Positions 17,363 through 25,540 of a DNA stretch of 64,000 bases are shown here, piece by piece; position 1 is the first letter of the stretch; each line of letters opens with the position of its first letter. The notes below the pieces were generated by a model, which saw only the letters and a program-made list of their open reading frames with translations, was not told the DNA's origin and did not search any database. The stretch is from Gammaproteobacteria bacterium (lineage in GTDB: Bacteria; Pseudomonadota; Gammaproteobacteria; Steroidobacterales; Foliamicaceae). A program made the translations under genes and the position numbers. Location: NCBI GenBank assembly GCA_963665145.1, contig OY762064.1, positions 194,403 through 258,402 of the forward strand. The letters run 5' to 3'.

Positions 17363-20362
17363 TCAGTCACCCTGCGTCATTCGAAGCTGCAGGTAGTAGT
17401 TTCGCCCGTACTCGATGCCCTGATGGGCGTCGGCAAAAAACCCGAAATACCGGTCCGCAAGCGGCGCGCGCTTGTCGAACATGTTGTTGACTCCGAATCT
17501 CAAACGCCAGTCGCGATCGTACATATCCCAGTTGTAGTCGAAGGTGCCATTCCAGGTCGTTACCGACGGAATCCAGTACTGGGTGCCGTCGTCGAGGGTC
17601 AGCGAATTCTGGTAGAAATCTCCCAGATGCCGACCCGATATCGATACCCGCAAGGGGTCACGGCGCCAGGAAAGGAACAGTGTTTGCCTGACCTTCTGGT
17701 TGCCGTCCTTATGCAGCAGGTCATCGAACCCGGAAACAGGAATGCTGGCGGGAATGACGCCGTCTTCCTTCGCCGCAAGCAATTCGGCCGCCGTGCCGCC
17801 GGGAACCTGGTCGAACTTGGTCAGGAATGAGGCGAGATAGGTCAGGCTGAAATCACCGGCAGGGGTTTCCAGGAAATAGCGAATACTTGCGTCCCAGCCC
17901 TTCAGTGTCCGTGTATCCAGGTTGGTGTACTTGTCGTCGATGTAGCGAATCAGGCCGGCTGGGCAGATTCCCGCAGCCTCATATATCGCCGCTTCGTCGG
18001 GTTCCAGACCCGCTTCGCGCACCACGGCCGGGTTTCCGACTGAGCCGCTGCAATTGCCCGCACCATTCTGCAGGCGCAGCAGCAGGTCCAGCACCGTGTG
18101 GTTCTCCTCGCCCAACAGCCCGATCGTGTCTTCCTTTTCGATGGACCACCAGTCCAGCGTGATCGTGAGCGTATCCAGGGGCTGAACGGCGATCCCGAAG
18201 GAATAGTTGTCGGATTCCTCGGGATCGAGCAGTTTGCTGCCCTGCGCAACGCGCTGGGTGCTGTTCCTGCAGTCCAGCGTGTCCTGCTCCGGGTCGCCGC
18301 CGTTATTGGCGGCGTAGAAGCAGGCGAAGTCGGTGCGGGTGTTCTGCCGCGCCACGATGACTTCGTTGATGGTGATCAGGTTGGGCGCCCGGAAGGCCTG
18401 CGACCAGGAGCCGCGCAGCAGCACGGTCGGCGCAATCTGCCAGCCTGCCGCAAATTTGCCCACGACCGAACTTCCCACGTCGGAGAAGTTCTCGTAACGG
18501 GCCGCCAACTGCAGGTCGATATTGTTCATCAGCGGCAATTGCAACTCGGTAAACACGGAAGTTACGTTGCGGCTGCCGGAGTTGTCCGGCGTGGGACTGG
18601 AATTGACCACGTCGGAAACGTAGGGATAGGTGTCGCCCTGAAAATCCGTGAAGACGTGTGTTCCATCGAGCCGGGGATCGCGGTCATCCTCGAAGGTCTC
18701 GCGGCGAAACTCCACACCGGCCACACCACCCGCGGGGCCCCAGGGCAGATTAAACAATTCCGGCGTGGAGACCTGGAAATCTCCCATTGCCAGTGTCGTT
18801 GCGCTGTTGCGGTAGACATCCACCAGGGCGCGCTCGATATTGCTGTCCACTCCGCCGCTGAAAGGGTTGTACGCCGCCGGAGTCGGGTCCGACAGGGCTT
18901 CCGCCATGAGCAGATTGGAGACCCGGTTGCGTGTCAGGTCGTCCTTCTCGGCCCGCGACCACACCGCCGCCGCTTCCCAGTCCCACTTGCCGGCCTGGCC
19001 GCGCAGACCCTGGAGCACTCGATAAACGTTGCCGTCGTTCTCAACGACACGGGGAAATTGGTGGTACCGGTAGTTGTCGATCTCCAACTCCAGTCCCTCG
19101 CATGGGACCTGGCTTGGCAGAACCGAATCGGGCAGGCGGTTGGGCGAACCGCACGGTCCGAACGGGTTGTAGTAATTGTCGGCGGCGACTCTCAGCTTGA
19201 CGGTGCTGAAAGAAGCCGAAGCATGCCGAAAGAGATGTGTGTCCGACATGTAATACAGCAGCTCCGAGAAGCTCTCCATGCCGTTCTCAAACTCATGGTT
19301 GACAAAGACGAAGATGTTGCCCCGCTTGAGGTCGGAAGAAAGATCGCGGGTTGCATTGAGGTTGCGGCGATACGTGCCCTGACCGTCTATGCCGCCGCAG
19401 GTGCCGTAACCCAGGTCCCATTGGCAGCGGGGGTCTCCTGCCGGATAGGTTTCGAATTCTCCGCTGCCGTCGGTGAGCACGTTGCGCAAACCGGTACTGC
19501 GGGCGCTGGAGCGAACGTCGTACTGGCCATACAGGGAGTTGGCGCTGTTGTTACGGAATCGCGTATCGCCGGCCCAGGGCGAGTCGGCCGGCACCCGCCG
19601 GCGGAAGTCGGCGTCGGCCCAGCGCTCGTCTTCGTGTGCGCTGATGCGATCACGAACGTAGTAGTTGGCCAGGACGCCGACATGGGTTCGCTCTCCATTG
19701 AAGAAATCGCCCCATTCCAGCGCAATGCGTTGCGTGTCCCGGCTCACGTGGTCGTACGCTCCGTAGCGCAAATAGACCCGCAAACGGTCGATGTCCTTTC
19801 TGACGACGTAATTGACCACACCGGCCACGGCGTCCGCGCCGTAAAGCGCCGATGCCCCGTCCTTCAGGATTTCAACCCGGTCCATGCCGTAAATTGGAAT
19901 CGTCTGCGTGTTTGCCGTGTTTACGGGGACAAAACTGCCGCCGACTTCCTCGGTCTGATAACTCGCGGCGTTCACGACCCGGCGGCCGTTGAACAGCACC
20001 AGTGTGTTCCCGGTACCCAGGCTGCGCAGGTTGAAGGCGCCGATGTCGCCGCGGGCGGAATTCACGCCGCCGCTGATGTTCTCGGCCTCGTTGAAAAAGT
20101 TCTGACCCTGCTCGGGCACGAATTGCAACAATTCATCGCCGGAATCCACGCCCATGGCTTCGATCTCTTCGGCGCCGATAACGGAAACCGGCAAGGCACC
20201 CGTAATGTTGGCGCCCTTGATGTGGCTGCCGGTAACGACGATTTCCTCCATTTCCTGCTCTTCGCCGTTACCTACTGCAGTGTCCTGGGCGAAGCCCGTG
20301 ACGCTGCCGGCGAGAAACAAGGAAGACGCCGACACTGCGGCCAAAGATCTGCATTTCAGCAT
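17363..20362 (-). CDS. TonB-dependent outer-membrane receptor
   Basis: Start at ATG 20362 gives the signal peptide 'MLKCRSLAAVSASSLFLAGSVTGFAQD'. Plug region 'EEIVVTGSHIKG...RVEILKDGASALYGADAVAGVVNYV'. About 1000 aa of beta-barrel-type sequence. Confidence 0.9.
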   Translation of the reverse strand: MLKCRSLAAVSASSLFLAGSVTGFAQDTAVGNGEEQEMEEIVVTGSHIKGANITGALPVSVIGAEEIEAMGVDSGDELLQFVPEQGQNFFNEAENISGGVNSARGDIGAFNLRSLGTGNTLVLFNGRRVVNAASYQTEEVGGSFVPVNTANTQTIPIYGMDRVEILKDGASALYGADAVAGVVNYVVRKDIDRLRVYLRYGAYDHVSRDTQRIALEWGDFFNGERTHVGVLANYYVRDRISAHEDERWADADFRRRVPADSPWAGDTRFRNNSANSLYGQYDVRSSARSTGLRNVLTDGSGEFETYPAGDPRCQWDLGYGTCGGIDGQGTYRRNLNATRDLSSDLKRGNIFVFVNHEFENGMESFSELLYYMSDTHLFRHASASFSTVKLRVAADNYYNPFGPCGSPNRLPDSVLPSQVPCEGLELEIDNYRYHQFPRVVENDGNVYRVLQGLRGQAGKWDWEAAAVWSRAEKDDLTRNRVSNLLMAEALSDPTPAAYNPFSGGVDSNIERALVDVYRNSATTLAMGDFQVSTPELFNLPWGPAGGVAGVEFRRETFEDDRDPRLDGTHVFTDFQGDTYPYVSDVVNSSPTPDNSGSRNVTSVFTELQLPLMNNIDLQLAARYENFSDVGSSVVGKFAAGWQIAPTVLLRGSWSQAFRAPNLITINEVIVARQNTRTDFACFYAANNGGDPEQDTLDCRNSTQRVAQGSKLLDPEESDNYSFGIAVQPLDTLTITLDWWSIEKEDTIGLLGEENHTVLDLLLRLQNGAGNCSGSVGNPAVVREAGLEPDEAAIYEAAGICPAGLIRYIDDKYTNLDTRTLKGWDASIRYFLETPAGDFSLTYLASFLTKFDQVPGGTAAELLAAKEDGVIPASIPVSGFDDLLHKDGNQKVRQTLFLSWRRDPLRVSISGRHLGDFYQNSLTLDDGTQYWIPSVTTWNGTFDYNWDMYDRDWRLRFGVNNMFDKRAPLADRYFGFFADAHQGIEYGRNYYLQLRMTQGD

Positions 20363-20390
20363 GATTCCTACCCCTGGGGAAAACCCAACA

Positions 20391-20418
20391 ATTCTATATC
20401 CTTGTGGCCTGTTTACAA
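20391..20418 (-). promoter_or_regulatory. candidate sigma70 promoter for the TonB-dependent receptor
   Basis: The minus strand reads TTGTAA (20418-20413), a 16-nt spacer, then TAGAAT (20396-20391). It lies in the 58-nt AT-rich gap between the fusion gene and the receptor gene. Confidence 0.35.
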
Positions 20419-20420
20419 AA

Positions 20421-23060
20421 CTATTTGTCGGCCGGCGCCAGATCCGCAAATGCTGCTTGCAGTCCCAGTGACGCCTCGAGAAGTTCCTTGTTGGCACCGT
20501 CCAGCCACGCCTGGTCGCGCGCCAGGGATTCCCGGTGATCGCCAAGCATCCGGGCCACCTCCGTCGGTTGCGGCCCGCCCAGGCCCTTGCGTGCCGCAAG
20601 CATTGAGGCGGGATCCATCGCCCGGCGAACAGTATTGACCGGAACCGGCAGCGGTTTGCCCGTCACCTCCCGGTAGATTTCTCGAAACTCCTCGTCCGAC
20701 AGCGAGCGAGCGCGCCGCTGCTTAGCGCGCGCGTAGTCCGTAAGGGCCGAGGCGTATCCATGAGCGGTGCGAAACGGCAGCCAGGCCTCGCGGACCAGCA
20801 TGTCCGCAACTTCCGTCATGGTGGAAAAACCGCGCCGCAATTCTTCGAGCGCCCGTTCACGGTCCACGCGGAGCAGCCCGATCAGGCGAGCGTACCGACG
20901 GTACATCAGTTCACCTTCTTCAGACAGCTCGAGGATTGGAGTGGCTTCGCGGTAATCGTGCATCCCGGTATTGGTGTTGTGCGCCAGCAGCAGCTGGGTT
21001 TGCGCGCTGCCCAGCACAATGCTGGCCTGGCTCCGCACGCGGTCCAGGGGCCGTGGGTTGCGTTTCTGCGGCATGATCGTGCTGATGCCAACAGCGGACC
21101 GGTCCAGCAAAATCCACGGCCGGGGGTTGTGGTACTGAGTGTGCAGGTTCTCGACCAGCTGGCCGATCGGGACGGCCGAAAGCGCCAGAATGCCGGCAAG
21201 CTCCCTTCTCAGGTCCCCGGACGAAACCAGGTTGGCGTCGTAGCTGTTGTCTTCCGGCCCCGCGAAACCCAGGAGTTCCGCCAGGCGTGGCCGGTTCAAG
21301 GCGAAACCCGAGGTGCCGAGCGCCGCGGAGCCCAGCGGGCTCAGGTTCATGCGGGCGTAGCCCTCGCGATAGCGCTGGACGTCGCGCTCAAGATTGGCGG
21401 AGAACGCCAGCAGGTAGTGCCCCAGCGTGGTCGGCTGCGCCTGCACGCCATGGGTGTAGGCCGGGATCGGTGTGCCGGCCTCCTGTTCCGCGAGCTTCAG
21501 CAGCGCAGCGCGCGAACGCAGTGCGCCTGCCGCCAGCTCCAGCCATCGGTCGCGGATCAGCATGCGGCGAGTGGCGCCGTGGAGGTCCTGTCGCGAGCGC
21601 CCCAGGTGCAGGTCGCTGACACTCTCGCCCGCAAGCTCAATCAGGCGTTCTTCGAAGGGAAGGTAATTGGGTGTTCTCGCTGCGCCCTCGGCTTCCTGCT
21701 CGGCTTGCAGTTGAATGATCCCGCCCGCAATGGTTTCCGCCTGCCGGCGGTCAATCAGGCGTTCCTCCAGCAGCATCACCAATGAAGCCTTGTTGGCTTC
21801 GACGAGATAACAGAAGAAATCCGGGCATTGGGCGCCACGGCGGGCAGCCAGCGCCCCGTCGCCGCCACCCAGAACGGTCACCAGGGAGTCCGCAAGTACG
21901 CCGGCGGTAGCGGTGATTTCAGCCCGGTCCGTGTCGTCACCTGTTTCCACGGTGATGGAAGGCACCCCGAAGCGGCGATAGAAGTAATTCTTCGCGATGG
22001 CGGTTTCCTTCGAAGGGCGCGGCGCTCTTTCGAATTCGTATACCGAGCCGCTGGCCCTGGCCAGGCGCAGCCAGCGGGAGGCAAGAGCCGGTGGACGGGT
22101 CGCGTCCTTCAGCGTGGGAACATAGAAAACGTTGCGCCAGGTGCCATGAAAATCAAGCATCAGGGCTATTTCCCTGCCCTGCTCCTGCAGGCCGTCCACC
22201 AGGTCCCTTACCGCCCGGGTTTCCTTCTGCCTGAACGATCCCCAATCGCGATTGAGGTCGGTGCCGCCCAGGTTGTGCCGCCAATGACCCGCGGCGACTC
22301 CGTCGGGATTGAGGTTGGGTATGACCACGAGGCTGTGTTCGCGATAGAAGCTGCACTTGCCTGAGGCCGCGTCCGCGCAGGCCCTGGCGCGATCCTGCAA
22401 CAACCGTTCGGCAAAGGCGGTGAACATCAGCGCTCCGGGAACTTCGGGTGGATGCTGCCGGCCCAGCAGGAGCAGGTAGCGGGGAGCCTGCGGATCGGTC
22501 TGGGCGGCTTGTATCGAACGGCCGCCTTCGGTTTCTCCAATGCTGCGCCACTTGAGGTCGGGATAGCGATCAGCCATTCTTTTGCGCCACGTCTCGTAGA
22601 AGTCCAGCCCCAGGTTTTCCTGTGCGGACACGAACAGGCCGTCCGCCCCGGGTTGCAGCTCCATCGTGACCCGCCCGTCCTCGTGGGCGAGCCAGTTCCG
22701 TTCCGGCAGGCGAGCCCAATCACTGCCGTCGCTGCTGATCTTCGGCCAATAGCGGTGCCGGCTTGAGGTGTAGCGCAGGGTCACCACGATCGTGCCTTGT
22801 TCATCAGCCTTACTGGGACGAATATGGAACCCGTACCAGGGGCTTGCATTGATCGGGGGAGCGTCCTCGGGCTCTATGGTCAGAATTACGCCGCGCTCAT
22901 TGAATACACGGCAGGCATTCGCCCGCGCACCCTCAAAATCCACTCGAATTTCATAGAGGCCCGTGTCGCACAGCGGAGCGCCTTGCGGTTCCTGACCGTG
23001 CGCGACGGAGAATGCGGAAAAGGCTGCAGTGGCTGCGGCCAGTCTCAGAAGTCGATTCAT
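20421..23060 (-). CDS. exported bifunctional fusion: M14 zinc carboxypeptidase (N-terminal) + argininosuccinate-lyase-like fumarate-lyase-superfamily domain (C-terminal)
   Basis: Start at ATG 23060 overlaps the upstream stop (ATGA). Signal peptide 'MNRLLRLAAATAAFSAFSVAHGQ'. M14 motifs: 'GRQHPPE' (HxxE), 'NPDG', 'LDFHG', 'ITVETG'. ASL-type motifs: 'LGRSRQD', 'AYTHGVQAQPTT', 'ISTIMPQKRNP'. One uninterrupted 879-codon frame. Confidence 0.85.
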   Translation of the reverse strand: MNRLLRLAAATAAFSAFSVAHGQEPQGAPLCDTGLYEIRVDFEGARANACRVFNERGVILTIEPEDAPPINASPWYGFHIRPSKADEQGTIVVTLRYTSSRHRYWPKISSDGSDWARLPERNWLAHEDGRVTMELQPGADGLFVSAQENLGLDFYETWRKRMADRYPDLKWRSIGETEGGRSIQAAQTDPQAPRYLLLLGRQHPPEVPGALMFTAFAERLLQDRARACADAASGKCSFYREHSLVVIPNLNPDGVAAGHWRHNLGGTDLNRDWGSFRQKETRAVRDLVDGLQEQGREIALMLDFHGTWRNVFYVPTLKDATRPPALASRWLRLARASGSVYEFERAPRPSKETAIAKNYFYRRFGVPSITVETGDDTDRAEITATAGVLADSLVTVLGGGDGALAARRGAQCPDFFCYLVEANKASLVMLLEERLIDRRQAETIAGGIIQLQAEQEAEGAARTPNYLPFEERLIELAGESVSDLHLGRSRQDLHGATRRMLIRDRWLELAAGALRSRAALLKLAEQEAGTPIPAYTHGVQAQPTTLGHYLLAFSANLERDVQRYREGYARMNLSPLGSAALGTSGFALNRPRLAELLGFAGPEDNSYDANLVSSGDLRRELAGILALSAVPIGQLVENLHTQYHNPRPWILLDRSAVGISTIMPQKRNPRPLDRVRSQASIVLGSAQTQLLLAHNTNTGMHDYREATPILELSEEGELMYRRYARLIGLLRVDRERALEELRRGFSTMTEVADMLVREAWLPFRTAHGYASALTDYARAKQRRARSLSDEEFREIYREVTGKPLPVPVNTVRRAMDPASMLAARKGLGGPQPTEVARMLGDHRESLARDQAWLDGANKELLEASLGLQAAFADLAPADK

Positions 23061-25456
23061 GGTTTGAAACTCATTTCCATTTCGGTGTCGGCGGCAATTG
23101 CCCGGTCGGAGAACCACCAGTAGCCGATTTCGCCCGAAAGCCAGGTTGGAAGCTGGTCGTTGAGGTGCGGGTCGAACAGCCGCGAGCTGACACCGCCCGG
23201 AATCACCGCCATGACCTTGTCCTCGTCGCCCAGGTCCGCCACGAATCTCAATGAATCGATCACCCGGGGATTGAAGTTGCCCAGGCCCGGAAAGCGCGCG
23301 CGTCCCAGCGTCTCACCGGATCCGCGGCCGGGATAGTCACCGCCGCCCAACAGACGATCCGCCAACTCGCCGGGTACCCAGGGATTGTGGATCTTCAGGC
23401 GGCTCAGGTTTCCCCATTGCCAGGCTTGAGGATCCTCTCCCAACCGTAATGTCAGCACCAACCAGGCGCGGCGGGCCGCTGCGCGGATCATTTCGCCGCG
23501 GTCTTCGATCGCTTCGGTTCGCCGGTTGTCAAACCATTGCGACTTCCCGGCGAGCAACATCCGGTGCAGGCGCTCCTGCCAGTAATAGATGTCCGACGCG
23601 TATTGGCGAACCAGCTGACCGCCCAGCTCGTCCTGGAATACCTGTAGCACCAGGTCCTGCATGATGGCCTGGAACAGTGCCGCGCCGGCTTTGTCCGGTT
23701 CGTCCAGGTAGTTCCAGCCACGCAGGATATCGGCGGCGGCCCGGGTCTCGGGGTCGACCTCCAGGGCCTCTATGAACAATGGCGTGAGGCTGCGGGCCAT
23801 GGGGTTGAGCGTATCGACGATCGCCGCCCAATGGTCTTCGGCGGACAGCACATGCTCGCCGTCGAACAGTTCCTTCATGCGCCGATAACGCCAGGAAGCC
23901 GCCGTGTAGCTGGTCCAGTGGCCGCGAAAATCGCCACTGACCGTACGATGGTTCGCATTGCCCACCCAGCCGCGTTGAGGATTGAGAGAACCGGGTGCCT
24001 GCGCGAACGGCACGAAACCCTGCCAGTCGTCGATCGAATCCACGACCGGCACCGGCAATGAGCCGTCACCCCGGCGCCGCACCGGAACGTGGCCCGCCGT
24101 GAAATGCGCGATATTGCCCTTCGTGTCTCCCACGGTGTAATTAAAGGGGGCGTTGATTTCGCTGATGATCTCCCCGGCTTCCAGGGTGTCGCGCGCCAGC
24201 ATTACCCGCTCGATTCCTACCTGCGGGCCGATGTTCTCCGCTACGCTCCAGCGCAACGAATACACGCGGCCATCGTCGCCGGTGAGCCCATGGTCCGAAA
24301 TGACCGGCCCCCGGCGGGTGTACCGAATTGTCAAAGGCAGTTCCCGGTAACCTCCCGCCGCTCTCCGGTCCCGAACCCGGATGACTTCCTCTACTACCTG
24401 GTACGGAATCGATTCTTCGCCCTGAAGGTAATTCCCGGGCTTTTGCGGGTCGTCCCGTTCGATGAACAGGTCCGCGACATCCGAGTACGCGTTGGTTACG
24501 CCCCAGGCAACAAAGTTCGAGCGCCCTGCCCCCAATCCGGGCGTTCCGGTGCCCGCGGCCCCGACCGCCCGCCACTGGGGAGTGATCAGGCCAACGGGAT
24601 GCCAGATCCCGGGCAGGCGGCGCGCGTCAATGTGCGGGTCATTGGCCACGATGGGGGCGCCGCCGGAGGAACGCGGCCCGGACGTGGCCCAGCTGTTCGA
24701 GCCGTCTGCCGGATCAGGTAGCTGCGGAAAGGTCTCCGGCGCGCCCACCGGCATGGCATTTTCGGCCAGGCTGTAATCCGAGGCCCATTCGCTGCCATCG
24801 TCCGGGTTGACGGTAAGCATGGATATCTCCGCGGCCCGTTCGGAACCCAGGTGATCCACCAGTGCCTGGCTGAGCAGTTCCGTGCGCCAGTTGCCGGTGC
24901 TGTTGATGGCAAGGAACAGGTATTGCGTGGTCATGTCTTCAACGGTGAACGGCGCCGGAGGTTCGGGCGCAAGCCTGACCGCCAGGGGGAATTCTTCCGA
25001 TTGCGTTGCGATATAGGCGTTCACGCCCTGCAGGTACCACTCATGCAATTCCCGGCTCGGTGAGGCCATTTGCTCGGCCCACACCCTCCCCATGCGGCTC
25101 GTTCCGATGACGCGCATCAGGGTGTCGTTGCCGACGCCCGCCTGGCCTATCTGCTCGGCGAGCCTGCCATGAATCAGTTCACGCGTCAGCAGCATCTGCG
25201 AAAGGCGGTCCTGAGCGGTGACGAAGCCCTGAATGCGGATCACGTCGGCCAGCGACTCTGCATAGATGTAGGGTATTCCCTGGCGGTCCCGTTTTACCGT
25301 GACTTCGGCGTCCAGCATGCCGAGGACCATCGGATGTTCAATATCGCGGCCGCGGTCCGGGATATTGCTGCTCTGGAGCCAGGCAAGACCGATTGCCAAG
25401 GCCAGGGCGAACAGCACCACAAGAGCGGCCAGGGCCAGAAGGATTCTTCTCAGCAT
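23057..25456 (-). CDS. penicillin-acylase family (S45 Ntn-hydrolase) protein, copy 1
   Basis: Start at ATG 25456 with AGGAAG 6 nt upstream. N-terminal anchor 'MLRRILLALAALVVLFALALAIGLAW'. 'IPYIYAESLADVIRIQGFVTAQDRL'. The beta-subunit nucleophile context is 'DGSNSWATSG'. Confidence 0.88.
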   Translation of the reverse strand: MLRRILLALAALVVLFALALAIGLAWLQSSNIPDRGRDIEHPMVLGMLDAEVTVKRDRQGIPYIYAESLADVIRIQGFVTAQDRLSQMLLTRELIHGRLAEQIGQAGVGNDTLMRVIGTSRMGRVWAEQMASPSRELHEWYLQGVNAYIATQSEEFPLAVRLAPEPPAPFTVEDMTTQYLFLAINSTGNWRTELLSQALVDHLGSERAAEISMLTVNPDDGSEWASDYSLAENAMPVGAPETFPQLPDPADGSNSWATSGPRSSGGAPIVANDPHIDARRLPGIWHPVGLITPQWRAVGAAGTGTPGLGAGRSNFVAWGVTNAYSDVADLFIERDDPQKPGNYLQGEESIPYQVVEEVIRVRDRRAAGGYRELPLTIRYTRRGPVISDHGLTGDDGRVYSLRWSVAENIGPQVGIERVMLARDTLEAGEIISEINAPFNYTVGDTKGNIAHFTAGHVPVRRRGDGSLPVPVVDSIDDWQGFVPFAQAPGSLNPQRGWVGNANHRTVSGDFRGHWTSYTAASWRYRRMKELFDGEHVLSAEDHWAAIVDTLNPMARSLTPLFIEALEVDPETRAAADILRGWNYLDEPDKAGAALFQAIMQDLVLQVFQDELGGQLVRQYASDIYYWQERLHRMLLAGKSQWFDNRRTEAIEDRGEMIRAAARRAWLVLTLRLGEDPQAWQWGNLSRLKIHNPWVPGELADRLLGGGDYPGRGSGETLGRARFPGLGNFNPRVIDSLRFVADLGDEDKVMAVIPGGVSSRLFDPHLNDQLPTWLSGEIGYWWFSDRAIAADTEMEMSFKP

Positions 25457-25540
25457 GGGCAAACTTCCTGAGAACGCGCGTCCAGGCGGGCCTGCCGTTC
25501 CTGCGCCGGCGCGTGTCCAGCGCAAACGCGTGGCTGGATC

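Noticed and set aside
17363-17380. The first TBDR ends '...YYLQLRMTQGD' rather than with the usual terminal aromatic residue
   Set aside because: This could hint at a damaged beta-signal or 3'-end mutation. However, non-aromatic C-termini exist in the family, and I cannot distinguish the possibilities without an alignment.
20363-20599. 79-codon N-terminal extension of the first TBDR ORF
   Set aside because: The extension crosses the intergenic gap and overlaps the 3' end of the fusion gene in another frame. A canonical signal peptide starts at ATG 20362.
18098-20638. 846-aa plus-strand ORF
   Set aside because: It lies entirely antisense to the TonB-dependent receptor gene. Its Arg/Gly/Ala/Val-rich, motif-free sequence is typical of shadow ORFs in high-G+C DNA, whereas the minus-strand product has clear TBDR features.
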